DNA of 64,000 nt. Origin: Escherichia coli. Its GTDB lineage: Bacteria; Pseudomonadota; Gammaproteobacteria; Enterobacterales; Enterobacteriaceae. Under the pieces are notes generated by a model. That model did not search any database and had not been told where the DNA came from. It worked only from the letters and a program-made list of their open reading frames with translations. Positions 13,081 to 27,887 of the stretch are shown here, one piece after another (positions within the stretch are counted from its first letter, which is position 1; the number at the start of each line of letters is the position of its first letter). Both the position numbers and the translations under genes were made by a program. The DNA is taken from NCBI RefSeq assembly GCF_003991155.1, contig NZ_CP031293.1; one strand, written 5' to 3'.

Positions 13081-13105
13081 GCCCTCACCCGTGCAGGGTG
13101 AGGGC
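13081..13105. terminator. GC-rich hairpin between convergent aroP and ampE (likely bidirectional terminator)
   Basis: gccctcaccc-gtgca-gggtgagggc perfect stem-loop. Confidence 0.5.
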
Positions 13106-13113
13106 AATAATCT

Positions 13114-13968
13114 TTACACCAACGCCCCGTAAATCGTCAGTAGCGCAATTACCACCACGACCACGAACGAGGTTTTCTTCGCCATGGAAACCGCTGCCTT
13201 TGGCGTCTCCACCTTATCGACATGCGGTTCACGCGCCAGAGAGAACTGTGCCAGACGCGTTAATACCTGATATTGCGAAGTATGGAAATCACCCAGCGAA
13301 GCAAACCAGGCCGGTAACGCTTTCTCACCATGACCGATCAAGGCATATACCACACCCGCAAGACGAACCGGCACCCAATCCAGTGCATGAAGCACGCCAT
13401 CAATGCCGGACTGTAAACGATGATGCGGCGTCTGGTATCGCGCCAGCCAGTATTGCCATGCACGTAAAAACGCATACCCCATCAGCGTAACGGGTCCCCA
13501 GGTTCCCCCCACAATCAGCCAGAACAGCGGAGCAAGATAAAAACGAAAGTTAATCCACAGCAATGCATTTTGCAGCTCACGCAAATACTCACGTTCATCG
13601 CAGCCTGCCGGGACGCCGTGAATCATGGTGAGTTCGCCAGCCATCGTGGCACGGGCATGGCTATCATTACGTGAAGCAGCTGTCAGATAAGCATGATAAT
13701 GAAGACGAACTTTACCTGCGCCAATACAAAGCAAACCAATCAGCAGCCACACCAGCAGCGTGGGAACGTTGAACAATACTCCCTGCAATGCGCGTAACAG
13801 TAAAAAAGTCACGCCCATCGCAATAATGGTCATGCCTAATGTGCGCCCGAGAGAAAAATGTTTCACCCGCCGAAAGAACGCTTCAAGACGATGATCAAGC
13901 TGCCAGTGCTCGCCCAACTTAAACAGGCGCTCGAAAATTAACACCAGTAAGGTTGTAAATAGCGTCAT
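13114..13968 (-). CDS. ampE: AmpE inner-membrane protein
   Basis: Start at [16 protein letters not shown] (284 aa), overlapping ampD stop by 4 nt; track ORF extends 13 codons upstream. Confidence 0.92.
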   Translation of the reverse strand: MTLFTTLLVLIFERLFKLGEHWQLDHRLEAFFRRVKHFSLGRTLGMTIIAMGVTFLLLRALQGVLFNVPTLLVWLLIGLLCIGAGKVRLHYHAYLTAASRNDSHARATMAGELTMIHGVPAGCDEREYLRELQNALLWINFRFYLAPLFWLIVGGTWGPVTLMGYAFLRAWQYWLARYQTPHHRLQSGIDGVLHALDWVPVRLAGVVYALIGHGEKALPAWFASLGDFHTSQYQVLTRLAQFSLAREPHVDKVETPKAAVSMAKKTSFVVVVVIALLTIYGALV

Positions 13969-14516
13969 GTTGTCTCCTTGATGACCAGCGCACGAAACCG
14001 TGCCCAATCAAATGCAGGACCGGGATCGGTTTTCCGATCCGGCGCAATATCACAATGGCCCGTCATGTTATTAGCGATATCTGGATAGCGATCAATCAAT
14101 GCCCGCGTAACCGCCGCAAGCTGTTGATACTGCGCATCGGTATACGCCAGCGTATCGGTGCCTTCCAGCTCAATCCCAATAGAAAAATCATTGCAGCGTT
14201 CGCGCCCCTGATACTGAGAGACTCCGGCATGCCAGGCACGTTTATCGAAAGGAACATACTGGACTATTTCACCATCGCGGCGAATCAAACAGTGAGCGGA
14301 GACGCGCAAATGGGCGATCTCAGCAAAGAAAGGATGTGCCTGCGGATCAATAGTTCCAGTGAATAATGCGTCGATCCACGGACCGCCAAACTCGCCTGGC
14401 GGCAGGCTAATATTGTGCACCACCAGCAGGGTGGGTGTTTCGTCATCCGGGCGGCAATCGTAATGTGGTGAGGGAACGCGGCGCGCGCCAACCAGCCACC
14501 CCTGTTCTAACAACAT
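13965..14516 (-). CDS. ampD: 1,6-anhydro-N-acetylmuramyl-L-alanine amidase
   Basis: 183-aa [28 protein letters not shown]... Confidence 0.95.
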   Translation of the reverse strand: MLLEQGWLVGARRVPSPHYDCRPDDETPTLLVVHNISLPPGEFGGPWIDALFTGTIDPQAHPFFAEIAHLRVSAHCLIRRDGEIVQYVPFDKRAWHAGVSQYQGRERCNDFSIGIELEGTDTLAYTDAQYQQLAAVTRALIDRYPDIANNMTGHCDIAPDRKTDPGPAFDWARFRALVIKETT

Positions 14517-14543
14517 GCAGGATCTCCTTATATGTGGTGCTAA

Positions 14544-15497
<954 letters not shown>

Positions 15498-15699
15498 TTG
15501 CTGACAGATTTATCCGCTCCATCGCGGGCGGATAATCTCCCCTTTCCCAACTTTCTTCGTAACGCCTCGCAAATTTCTTGTCTTTCGCTGCAACGTAATA
15601 AAAAACTCCGGAAGCTGCTTTCCCGTTTCGTTTTTTGCCCCTCGCTTGTGCTGATGGCGTTTGCCAAAGTAGCGCCAACCAAATCAAGGAGCGAAACAA

Positions 15700-16140
15700 A
15701 TGGACAAGCAACGCGGTTTTACACTTATCGAACTGATGGTGGTTATTGGCATCATTGCCATTTTAAGCGCCATTGGTATTCCCGCTTATCAAAACTACCT
15801 GCGCAAAGCCGCACTCACCGACATGCTACAAACCTTTGTGCCTTACCGTACCGCCGTAGAGTTGTGCGCGCTGGAACATGGTGGATTAAATACCTGCGAC
15901 GGTGGCAGCAATGGCATTCCTTCGCCTACCACCACCCGCTATGTTTCAGCCATGAGTGTGGCAAAGGGCGTGGTGTCGCTGACCGGGCAAGAAAGTCTCA
16001 ATGGGCTAAGCGTCGTCATGACGCCGGGTTGGGATAACGCAAACGGCGTCACCGGCTGGACGCGCAACTGCAATATTCAAAGTGACAGCGCATTGCAGCA
16101 AGCCTGCGAAGATGTCTTCCGCTTTGATGACGCCAACTAA
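15700..16140 (+). CDS. ppdD: prepilin-type (type IV pilin-like) protein
   Basis: 146-aa ORF with prepilin leader and GFTLIELMVV N-methylation motif. Confidence 0.93.
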   Translation: MDKQRGFTLIELMVVIGIIAILSAIGIPAYQNYLRKAALTDMLQTFVPYRTAVELCALEHGGLNTCDGGSNGIPSPTTTRYVSAMSVAKGVVSLTGQESLNGLSVVMTPGWDNANGVTGWTRNCNIQSDSALQQACEDVFRFDDAN

Positions 16141-16149
16141 GGAGCGGCA

Positions 16150-17535
16150 ATGAATATTCCACAGCTCACCGCCCTGTGTCTGCGTTATCAGGGAGTCTTG
16201 CTGGATGCCAGCGAAGAGGTGGTTCATGTTGCGGTAGTCGATGCACCTTCGCATGAGCTACTGGACGCATTGCATTTCGCTACCACCAAACGTATTGAGA
16301 TCACCTGCTGGACGCGCCAACAAATGGAAGGTCACGCCAGTCGCACACAACAGACATTGCCCGTAGCTGTTCAGGAGAAGCATCAGCCCAAAGCAGAGTT
16401 GCTGACTCGAACGTTACAGTCTGCGCTGGAACAACGCGCGTCTGATATTCATATCGAACCAGCGGACAATGCCTACCGCATCCGCTTGCGTATCGACGGC
16501 GTATTGCATCCTTTACCGGACGTTTCACCGGATGCCGGAGTCGCATTAACCGCCAGATTAAAAGTGCTGGGAAATCTGGATATTGCGGAACATCGCCTGC
16601 CGCAGGACGGGCAATTCACTGTCGAACTGGCAGGAAACGCCGTCTCATTTCGTATTGCGACCTTACCATGTCGGGGTGGTGAAAAGGTGGTATTAAGGTT
16701 GTTACAGCAGGTGAACCAGGCACTGGATGTTAATACGCTTGGAATGCAGCCGTCACAACTGGTGGACTTTGCTCATGCCTTGCAACAACCACAGGGACTG
16801 GTGCTGGTAACTGGCCCTACAGGCAGCGGCAAAACGGTCACGCTTTATAGTGCCCTGCAAACACTGAATACCGCTGACATTAATATTTGTAGCGTCGAAG
16901 ATCCGGTTGAGATCCCCATAGCCGGACTAAACCAGACGCAAATCCATCCGCGTGCCGGACTCACCTTTCAGGGCGTTTTGCGTGCGTTATTGCGCCAGGA
17001 CCCTGACGTCATCATGATCGGAGAGATCCGCGATGGCGAAACGGCAGAAATTGCCATTAAAGCCGCGCAAACCGGTCACCTGGTGTTGTCTACCCTACAC
17101 ACTAATTCCACCTGCGAAACGCTGGTACGTTTACAGCAAATGGGAGTCGCCCGCTGGATGCTATCATCGGCGCTTACGCTGGTAATAGCCCAGCGTCTGG
17201 TACGCAAACTTTGCCCGCATTGTCGCCGGCAGCAAGGGGAGCCCATCCATATTCCAGACAATGTATGGCCATCGCCGCTGCCCCACTGGCAGGCACCCGG
17301 TTGTGTACATTGCTACCACGGTTTTTATGGTCGCACGGCCTTATTTGAAGTTCTGCCCATAACACCGGTCATACGTCAGCTTATTTCCGCTAATACCGAC
17401 GTTGAATCGCTGGAAACGCACGCCCGACAGGCGGGTATGCGAACGCTTTTTGAAAACGGCTGCCTGGCCGTGGAGCAAGGCTTAACCACCTTTGAAGAGT
17501 TAATCCGCGTATTGGGGATGCCGCATGGCGAGTAA
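16150..17535 (+). CDS. hofB: type IV pilus / type II secretion-family assembly ATPase
   Basis: 461-aa ORF with Walker A GPTGSGKT and tetracysteine motif CPHC...CVHC. Confidence 0.93.
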   Translation: MNIPQLTALCLRYQGVLLDASEEVVHVAVVDAPSHELLDALHFATTKRIEITCWTRQQMEGHASRTQQTLPVAVQEKHQPKAELLTRTLQSALEQRASDIHIEPADNAYRIRLRIDGVLHPLPDVSPDAGVALTARLKVLGNLDIAEHRLPQDGQFTVELAGNAVSFRIATLPCRGGEKVVLRLLQQVNQALDVNTLGMQPSQLVDFAHALQQPQGLVLVTGPTGSGKTVTLYSALQTLNTADINICSVEDPVEIPIAGLNQTQIHPRAGLTFQGVLRALLRQDPDVIMIGEIRDGETAEIAIKAAQTGHLVLSTLHTNSTCETLVRLQQMGVARWMLSSALTLVIAQRLVRKLCPHCRRQQGEPIHIPDNVWPSPLPHWQAPGCVHCYHGFYGRTALFEVLPITPVIRQLISANTDVESLETHARQAGMRTLFENGCLAVEQGLTTFEELIRVLGMPHGE

Positions 17536-18727
17536 GCAACTCTGGCGCTGGCATGGCATAACCGGCGACGGCAATGCGCAAGATGGGATGCTATGGGCAG
17601 AGAGCCGTGCTTTGCTGCTCATGGCACTACAGCAACAGATGGTTACCCCACTAAGCCTGAAGCGAATCGCCATCAATTCTGCGCAGTGGCGAGGAGATAA
17701 AAGCGCGGAAATCATTCATCAACTGGCGACGCTGCTCAAAGCCGGGTTAACGCTTTCTGAAGGGCTGGCACTGCTGGCGGAACAGCATCCCAGTAAGCAA
17801 TGGCAAGCGTTGCTGCAATCGCTGGCACACGATCTCGAACAGGGCATTGCCTTTTCCAATGCCTTATTACCCTGGTCAGAGGTATTTCCGCCGCTCTATC
17901 AGGCGATGATCCGCACGGGTGAACTGACCGGTAAGCTGGATGAATGCTGCTTTGAACTGGCGCGTCAACAAAAAGCCCAGCGTCAGTTGACCGACAAAGT
18001 GAAATCAGCGTTACGTTATCCCATTATCATTTTAGCGATGGCAATCATGGTGGTTGTGGCAATGCTGCATTTTGTTCTGCCGGAGTTTGCCGCTATCTAT
18101 AAGACCTTTAACACTCCGCTACCGGCGCTAACGCAGGGGATCATGACGCTGGCAAGCTTTAGTGGCGAATGGGGTTGGTTGCTGGTGCTATTCGGCTTTC
18201 TGCTGGCGATAGCCAATAAGCTGCTGATGCGCCACCCAACCAGGCTTATCGCACGGCAGAAATTGCTGTTACGCATCCCGATTATGGGTTCACTGATGCG
18301 GGGACAAAAACTCACGCAGATCTTTACGATTCTGGCGCTGACACAAAGTGCAGGCATTACTTTTTTACAGGGCGTTGAGAGCGTCAGAGAAACAATGCGC
18401 TGCCCGTACTGGGTGCAACTTCTGACACAAATCCAGCACGATATCAGTAACGGTCACCCCATCTGGCTGGCGCTAAAAAATACCGGTGAGTTTAGCCCGC
18501 TCTGTTTGCAATTAGTGAGAACAGGAGAGGCATCCGGCTCGCTGGACCTCATGTTAGACAACCTCGCCCATCATCATCGGGATAACACAATGGCGCTGGC
18601 GGATAACCTCGCAACCTTACTGGAACCGGCGTTGCTGATCATAACGGGAGGAATTATCGGTACGCTGGTGGTGGCAATGTATCTGCCAATTTTCCATTTA
18701 GGCGATGCGATGAGTGGGATGGGATAA
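17525..18727 (+). CDS. hofC: type IV pilus platform protein (GspF/PilC family)
   Basis: 400-aa ORF, multiple TM segments, overlaps hofB end. Confidence 0.93.
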   Translation: MASKQLWRWHGITGDGNAQDGMLWAESRALLLMALQQQMVTPLSLKRIAINSAQWRGDKSAEIIHQLATLLKAGLTLSEGLALLAEQHPSKQWQALLQSLAHDLEQGIAFSNALLPWSEVFPPLYQAMIRTGELTGKLDECCFELARQQKAQRQLTDKVKSALRYPIIILAMAIMVVVAMLHFVLPEFAAIYKTFNTPLPALTQGIMTLASFSGEWGWLLVLFGFLLAIANKLLMRHPTRLIARQKLLLRIPIMGSLMRGQKLTQIFTILALTQSAGITFLQGVESVRETMRCPYWVQLLTQIQHDISNGHPIWLALKNTGEFSPLCLQLVRTGEASGSLDLMLDNLAHHHRDNTMALADNLATLLEPALLIITGGIIGTLVVAMYLPIFHLGDAMSGMG

Positions 18728-18754
18728 CGCTGGCGTGTTGCTCCACGCCAGCGT
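18727..18754. terminator. hairpin between convergent hofC and guaC
   Basis: acgctggcgtg-ttgct-ccacgccagcgt inverted repeat. Confidence 0.5.
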
Positions 18755-18761
18755 TGGGAGA

Positions 18762-19805
18762 TTACAGGTTGTTGAAGATGCGGTTTTCTTGTTCCAGCAC
18801 ACGAATAAACGTGGTGCGCTTGGTCAGCTCTTTCAGGCGTGAAGCCCCAACGTATGTACAAGCTGAACGCAGGCCGCCCAAAATATCACGCGCGGTATTT
18901 TCAACCGGGCCTCGCAGCGGCAGCTTAACGGTTTTACCTTCTGCTGCGCGATATTCCGCAACGCCGCCAACGTGACGTTTCATCGCAGACTCGGAGCTCA
19001 TGCCGTAGAACAGCATAAATTTCTCGCCGTTCTCCTCAACGATGCGACCGCCGCTCTCTTCGTGGCCCGCCAGCATGCCGCCAAGCATGACGAAATCGGC
19101 ACCGCCGCCAAAGGCTTTCGCGACATCGCCCGGCGTGGTGCAGCCACCGTCGCTGACGATCATTCCGCCCAGACCATGCGCAGCATCGGCACATTCGATC
19201 ACCGCAGAAAGTTGCGGATAACCGACGCCTGTTTTGACGCGAGTTGTACAAACAGAACCTGGGCCAATGCCAACTTTAACGATATCAGCACCGGAGAGGA
19301 TAAGCTCCTCACACATTTCACCAGTCACTACGTTGCCAGCACAAATGGTTTTGGTCGGCCACGCTTCACGCGCTTTCGCAACGAACTGCACGAAGTGTTC
19401 GGAATAACCATTCGCCACGTCAATACAAACGAAGTTTAATGCCGGGTTCAGGTCGAGAATCTGTTTAGTTTTTTCGAAATCCGCATCAGACGTGCCGGTA
19501 GAAACCATCACATGTTTCAGCACATCAGCGGAAGAATTGTTGATAAACGCTTGCCACTCTTCGACAGAATAGTGTTTATGCACAGCAGTCAAAATATCAA
19601 AAGAAGCCAGCGCAGAGGCCATAGAAAATGTGCCTACGGTGTCCATATTGGCGGCGATAATCGGCACGCCGGACCAGCTCTGACCTGAATGTTTGAAGGT
19701 GAATTGACGTTCCAGTTCAACATCGGAACGGCTTTTAAGAGTGGAGCGTTTAGGGCGGATGAGAACGTCTTTAAAACCTAACTTCAGATCTTCTTCAATA
19801 CGCAT
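18762..19805 (-). CDS. guaC: GMP reductase
   Basis: 347-aa [26 protein letters not shown]... Confidence 0.96.
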   Translation of the reverse strand: MRIEEDLKLGFKDVLIRPKRSTLKSRSDVELERQFTFKHSGQSWSGVPIIAANMDTVGTFSMASALASFDILTAVHKHYSVEEWQAFINNSSADVLKHVMVSTGTSDADFEKTKQILDLNPALNFVCIDVANGYSEHFVQFVAKAREAWPTKTICAGNVVTGEMCEELILSGADIVKVGIGPGSVCTTRVKTGVGYPQLSAVIECADAAHGLGGMIVSDGGCTTPGDVAKAFGGGADFVMLGGMLAGHEESGGRIVEENGEKFMLFYGMSSESAMKRHVGGVAEYRAAEGKTVKLPLRGPVENTARDILGGLRSACTYVGASRLKELTKRTTFIRVLEQENRIFNNL

Positions 19806-20029
19806 GTGCGGATTCCTGGGGTTAATGGCTATAAGGGTAAGAGCGCAACTCCAGTGACGTTATCATACGCACTAATCAATGCGGCGCAAGACTGCGAAAT
19901 TGTCTTTTTTTACGCTACAATCCCATAAATTTACCTGGTAAATAGTGAGCGAACGTTTCATCAATTTCGCTTTCGTGCGCTCATTTTTAACGTTTTGATA
20001 ATCATGATGAATTCCCGGGAATATAAATT

Positions 20030-20650
20030 ATGAGGTATATAGTTGCCTTAACGGGAGGCATTGGCAGTGGCAAGAGTACCGTTGCCAATGCGTTTGCTGA
20101 TCTCGGAATTAACGTCATTGATGCCGATATTATTGCGCGTCAGGTGGTTGAACCAGGTGCACCTGCGCTACATGCCATTGCTGATCACTTTGGCGCTAAC
20201 ATAATTGCTGCTGATGGAACATTGCAGCGCCGGGCCTTGCGCGAGCGGATTTTCGCCAACCCGGAAGAGAAAAACTGGCTTAACGCCCTGCTGCATCCGC
20301 TGATTCAGCAAGAGACGCAACACCAGATCCAGCAAGCAACTTCCCCCTATGTACTGTGGGTTGTGCCATTGCTGGTAGAAAACTCACTGTATAAAAAAGC
20401 GAATCGAGTGCTGGTGGTGGATGTCAGCCCAGAAACGCAACTTAAGCGCACCATGCAGCGCGACGATGTAACTCGCGAGCATGTCGAACAAATCCTTGCT
20501 GCTCAGGCAACGCGCGAAGCTCGCCTTGCCGTGGCAGATGACGTCATTGATAATAACGGCGCACCGGATGCAATCGCATCGGATGTTGCCCGCCTGCACG
20601 CACACTATTTGCAGCTTGCGTCGCAGTTTGTCTCACAGGAAAAACCGTAA
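20030..20650 (+). CDS. coaE: dephospho-CoA kinase
   Basis: 206-aa ORF with P-loop GGIGSGKST. Confidence 0.95.
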
Positions 20651-21393
20651 TGCAGACCCAGGTCCTTTTTGAACATCCACTAAATGAAAAAATGCGTACA
20701 TGGCTGCGCATTGAGTTTTTGATTCAGCAACTCACCGTTAATCTACCCATCGTTGACCACGCTGGCGCGCTGCATTTCTTCCGTAATGTCAGTGAATTAC
20801 TGGATGTTTTCGAGCGCGGCGAAGTCCGCACTGAGCTGTTGAAAGAACTTGACCGGCAGCAACGTAAACTCCAGACCTGGATTGGCGTGCCTGGCGTGGA
20901 CCAGAGCCGTATTGAAGCATTAATTCAGCAGTTAAAAGCGGCGGGGAGCGTATTAATTTCCGCGCCGCGTATCGGGCAATTTCTGCGTGAAGATCGTTTG
21001 ATTGCTCTGGTGCGTCAGCGACTGAGCATCCCAGGCGGCTGTTGTAGCTTTGATTTACCTACATTGCACATTTGGCTGCATCTACCCCAGGCGCAGCGCG
21101 ACAGCCAGGTAGAAACCTGGATTGCCAGCCTGAACCCGCTCACCCAGGCACTTACCATGGTGCTGGATTTAATTCGCCAGTCGGCCCCCTTCCGTAAACA
21201 AACCAGCCTGAATGGTTTTTATCAGGATAACGGTGGCGATGCCGACTTGCTGCGCCTGAATCTGTCACTCGATTCACAGCTTTATCCGCAAATTTCCGGT
21301 CATAAGAGCCGTTTTGCCATTCGTTTTATGCCGCTGGACAGTGAAAACGGACAGGTACCAGAACGTCTGGATTTCGAACTGGCCTGTTGCTAA
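20650..21393 (+). CDS. zapD: cell division factor ZapD (YacF)
   Basis: 247-aa [27 protein letters not shown]... Confidence 0.93.
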
Positions 21394-21402
21394 GGAGTAA
21401 AA

Positions 21403-21600
21403 ATGTCAGAAACTATTACGGTGAATTGCCCAACCTGCGGGAAAACGGTGGTGTGGGGTGAAATCAGCCCGTTTCGGCCATTTTGTTCCAAACGTTGCCA
21501 GCTGATCGACCTCGGAGAATGGGCTGCTGAAGAAAAACGAATCCCCAGCAGTGGCGATCTTTCCGAAAGCGATGACTGGAGCGAAGAGCCAAAGCAGTGA
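21403..21600 (+). CDS. yacG: DNA gyrase inhibitor YacG (zinc-finger)
   Basis: 65-aa ORF with CPTCGK...CSKRC zinc ribbon. Confidence 0.9.
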
Positions 21601-21610
21601 CATTTTGTCT

Positions 21611-21697
21611 GATGCGACGCTGGCCTGATAAGACGCGGGCAGCGTCGCATCAGGCATCGTGTGCAAATGTCGGATGCGGCATAAACACCTATCCGAC
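21611..21697. repeat. two REP palindromic units between yacG and mutT; the second overlaps the mutT 3' end
   Basis: gatgcgacgctggcctgataagacgcgggcagcgtcgcatc and gtcggatgcggcataaacacctatccgac. Confidence 0.7.
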
Positions 21698-22087
21698 GTA
21701 CACGCGCTTAAGCTTCGCAATTACCGGTTCATTGGCTGGCGGAAACTCATCGGCATTAAGACCGACCAGCGACATCCACTTACCGGGTTGCCCTTCTTTA
21801 CCCCACGGCTCCCCTTCCCAGCTTTCGACCAGCCAGAACCACAGAGTTATATGCCTGTCCGGGAATTCATATTCCAGTTTTTCAAATAGCGAAAAATGTT
21901 GTGGGGTAATCCCGACCTCTTCCTGAAGTTCACGCACCACCGCCTGTTCCGGCGTTTCGCTCATTTCAATTTTACCGCCGGGAAACTCCAGTTTATTCGC
22001 CATGTGCGCATCTGCTGCGCGACGGGTTATAAAGATTTCATTGTTCTCGTTGCGAATAATACCTACCGCAATTTGCAGCTTTTTCAT
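21689..22087 (-). CDS. mutT: 8-oxo-dGTP diphosphatase (Nudix)
   Basis: 132-aa ORF with Nudix box GGKIEMSETPEQAVVRELQEEVGI; C-terminus (…KRVYVG) runs into the REP unit. Confidence 0.93.
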   Translation of the reverse strand: MKKLQIAVGIIRNENNEIFITRRAADAHMANKLEFPGGKIEMSETPEQAVVRELQEEVGITPQHFSLFEKLEYEFPDRHITLWFWLVESWEGEPWGKEGQPGKWMSLVGLNADEFPPANEPVIAKLKRVYVG

Positions 22088-22099
22088 TGTCTTAAACCT

Positions 22100-22127
22100 A
22101 TAAAAAAGGCGCAGAATCCTGCGCCTT
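22100..22127 (-). terminator. rho-independent terminator downstream of secA
   Basis: On the minus strand, hairpin aaggcgcag-gatt-ctgcgcctt followed by TTTTTT. Confidence 0.6.
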
Positions 22128-22146
22128 TTACTTCAACTGTTAGCTT

Positions 22147-24852
22147 TTATTGCAGGCGACCATGGCACTGCTTGTATTTTTTACCAGAACCGCACGGGCA
22201 AGGATCGTTACGTCCTACTTTGCGCTCACCGGTTTGCGCCGCCAGTGCAGCTGCAGCTGCAGAGTCGTCATCCTGATGGCTAAGCTGCTGCATTTGCGCT
22301 AAACGCTCGGCTTCCATACGACGCTGTTGTTCCAGCTCCTCAACCTCTTCAGGCATACGTACCTGAACTTTGCTCAGCGTGCTGATAACTTCATATTTCA
22401 ACGACTCCAGCATCGCTGCAAACATGGAGAACGATTCACGTTTGTATTCCTGCTTCGGATCTTTCTGTGCATAGCCACGCAGGTGGATACCCTGACGCAG
22501 ATAGTCCATCGCCGCCAGGTGCTCTTTCCACAGAGAGTCGAGAGTTTGCAGCATGACGCCTTTTTCGAAGTGACGCATCATCTCAGCACCAACCACTTCT
22601 TCTTTACGCTGATACACTTCGATGGACTGCGCCAGAATGCGCTCACGCAGCGTCTCTTCATGCAGTTCTGGTTCTTTATCCAGCCACTCGGCAATTGGCA
22701 AATCGAGGTCGAAATCGTTCTTCAGACGTTCCTGCAGTCCCGGAATATCCCACATTTCTTCCAGCGACTGTGGCGGAATGTAGGCATCAATGGTCGCTTT
22801 GAACACATCTTCACGAATGCTGTTGATGGTTTCGCTCACATCGCTGACATCCAGCAGTTCGTTACGCTGGGAGTAAATGGCGCGACGCTGATCGTTAGCC
22901 ACGTCATCATATTCCAGCAGTTGCTTACGAATGTCGAAGTTACGACTTTCAACTTTACGCTGGGCGTTGGCAATCGCTTTAGTCACCCACGGGTGTTCAA
23001 TGGCTTCGCCTGGCTTCATACCCAGTTTACGCATCATGCCGGATACTCGGTCGGAAGCAAAAATACGCATCAGCGCATCTTCCATCGACAGGTAGAAACG
23101 GGAAGAACCAGCATCCCCCTGACGACCAGAACGACCGCGCAACTGGTTATCGATACGACGGGATTCGTGACGTTCAGTACCGATGATATGCAGGCCACCT
23201 GCTTCCAGTACCGCATCGTGACGAACCTGCCAGTCGGCCTTAATTTTTTCAATTTGCTCTGCGGTCGGATTTTCCAGCGCGGCAACTTCTGCCTGCCAGC
23301 TACCACCGAGCACAATATCTGTACCACGACCCGCCATGTTGGTCGCGATAGTCACCGCAGCCGGATAACCTGCCTGAGCAACAATCGCCGCTTCGTTGGC
23401 ATGGAATTTGGCGTTCAGGACGTTGTGCTTAATACCGGCTTTGGTCAGTTCGTTTGACACCAGCTCAGATTTTTCGATGGAGATAGTACCCACCAGCACC
23501 GGCTGGCCTTTCGCAGTACGTTCTTTGATATCTTCAATGATCGCCTGAATTTTTTCCGCTTCAGTCATGTAGACCAGGTCCGGCAGATCTTTACGAATCA
23601 TTGGACGGTTGGTCGGAACAACGACGGTATCCAGCTTGTAGATGGAGCTGAATTCGAAAGCTTCGGTATCAGCAGTACCGGTCATCCCCGCCAGTTTTTC
23701 ATACAGACGGAAGTAGTTCTGGAAGGTGATCGAAGCCAGCGTTTGGTTTTCGTTCTGGATCTGCACACCTTCTTTCGCTTCCACAGCCTGGTGCAGACCA
23801 TCGGACCAGCGACGCCCCTGCATGGTACGACCGGTGTGTTCGTCAACGATGATAACTTCACCATCTTTAACGATGTAGTCGACGTCTCGGGTAAACAGCG
23901 CATGAGCGCGCAGCGCCGCCGTTACGTGGTGCATCAGCATGATGTTTGCCGGAGAGTACAGAGACTCCCCTTCATCCATGATGCCTTCTTTCACCAGCAG
24001 TTCTTCAATCAGCACCAGACCACGTTCGGTCAGGTTCACCTGGCGAGATTTTTCGTCCACCGAGAAGTGGCCTTCGCCCTGGAAGGTTTCGGAGTCTTCT
24101 TTTTCCTGACGGATCAGGTGTGGAATAATTTTATTCACGCGTTTATACATTTCCGAGCTGTCTTCTGCCGGGCCGGAAATGATCAGCGGTGTACGCGCTT
24201 CATCGATCAGGATGGAGTCCACTTCGTCCACCAGCGCATAGTGCAGTTTACGCTGTACACGTTCTTCAGGACTGAACGCCATGTTGTCGCGCAGGTAGTC
24301 AAAGCCGTATTCGTTGTTCGTACCGTAAGTGATGTCAGCTGCGTAAGCTTCACGCTTTGCCGGTGCTGGCATGCCCGGCAGGTTGATACCAACAGTCAGG
24401 CCAAGGAATTCAAACAGCGGACGGTTGTTTTCGGCGTCACGTTGCGCCAGGTAGTCGTTGACGGTAACTACATGCACGCCTTTACCGGTTAGTGCGTTCA
24501 GGTAAGCAGGCAGCGTTGCGGTCAGGGTTTTACCTTCACCGGTACGCATTTCGGCGATGCAGCGTTCGTTAAGAACCATACCGCCGAGTAACTGAACGTC
24601 GAAGTGACGCATACCAAAAACACGCTTACTGGCTTCACGCACCACAGCGAAGGCTTCCGGGATCAAGTTTTCCAGCACTTCGCCTTTTTCCAGACGCGCG
24701 CGGAACTCTGCGGTTTTCCCTTTCAGTTCTTCATCGGAGAGTTTTTCCATCTCCGGTTCCATGGCATTGATGATGTTGACCACTTTGCGCATCCGGCGCA
24801 GGGTGCGATCGTTACGACTACCGAAAACTTTAGTTAATAATTTGATTAGCAT
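22147..24852 (-). CDS. secA: preprotein translocase ATPase SecA
   Basis: 901-aa [26 protein letters not shown]...; C-terminal zinc-binding [14 protein letters not shown]. Confidence 0.97.
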
Positions 24853-24913
24853 AATAAAATCTCAAACGCCCCGCGTTGCGGAGTCAATAAAATGAAGTAA
24901 AGGTTTATTGTTG

Positions 24914-25594
<681 letters not shown>

Positions 25595-25656
25595 TCACCT
25601 GGCCGGAGAGAGTGCCAGATTTGCCAGTCGAATTTTATACGACAGTATAAATGTCG

Positions 25657-26595
<939 letters not shown>

Positions 26596-26674
26596 CTATC
26601 CAACCGAAGTGTACTATACATTCGGCGGGCCAGTTTAGCACAAAGAGCCTCGAAACCCAAATTCCAGTCAATTC

Positions 26675-27826
26675 TTAATCAGCTTGCTTACGCAGGAATG
26701 CTGGGATATCCAGATAATCTGGCTCTTTCGCAGTTTGCGGCGCATTGTCATTCACGACTTTAGCAACCGGCTTCTGCTCCTGGGTCAGCGGAGCCATCCC
26801 GTGCTGCTGGTAGCGATCCATCACTGGCTGCTGAACCTGCTTATTGGTCACCAGAGTGATTTCAGGACGTTTGTCCATGCCGATACCTGTCGCAACAACA
26901 GTTACGCGCAGCTCGTCATTCATATCCGGGTCAAGAGAAGTACCGATAACCACAGTCGCGTTGTCGGAAGCAAATGCACGGATGGTGTTACCTACCGTTT
27001 CGAACTCATCCAGACGCAGGTCGAAGCCCGCTGTGATGTTAACCAGCACGCCGCGCGCGCCAGACAGGTCGATATCTTCCAGCAGCGGAGAAGAGATAGC
27101 CATTTCAGCAGCTTCTTCCGCACGGTCTTCACCGCTCGCCACGCCAGAACCCATCATTGCGTAGCCCATTTCAGACATTACGGTGCGAACGTCTGCAAAG
27201 TCCACGTTCATCAAACCCGGACGCGTAATCAGTTCGGCGATACCTTGTACAGCACCTTTCAGTACATCGTTCGCTGCGCCAAACGCATCCAGCAGGGAGA
27301 TACCGCGGCCCAGAACTTTCAGCAGTTTGTCGTTCGGGATAGTGATCAAAGAGTCCACATGCTTGGACAGTTCAGTGATCCCCTGCTCCGCGAATGCCAT
27401 ACGCTTCTTGCCTTCAAAGTTGAAGGGCTTAGTGACGACAGCAACGGTCAGGATACCCAAATCTTTTGCCACTTCAGCGACGACTGGTGCTGCACCTGTA
27501 CCGGTACCACCACCCATACCCGCAGCAATAAAGACCATGTCTGCACCTTCCAGCGCCGCACGCAGTGCATCGCGATCCTCATCAGCCGCATTGCGGCCAA
27601 CTTCTGGATTAGCGCCAGCTCCCAGTCCTTTGGTGATACCGCTACCGATTTGAATCGTCTGTCCAACCGCTGTTTTACGCAGCGCTTGTGCATCGGTATT
27701 TACCGCGAAGAATTCAACACCTTCAATGCGCTCGCGCACCATGTGTTCAACAGCATTACCGCCGCCGCCGCCGACGCCGATGACTTTAATCACCGCGTCA
27801 TTGGTAAGTTCCATTGGTTCAAACAT
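26675..27826 (-). CDS. ftsZ: cell division GTPase FtsZ
   Basis: 383-aa ORF with tubulin signature GGGTGTG. Confidence 0.97.
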
Positions 27827-27887
27827 AGTTTCTCTCCGATTTGTGCCTGTCGCCTGAGGCCGTAATCATCGTCGGCCTCATAAAAAA

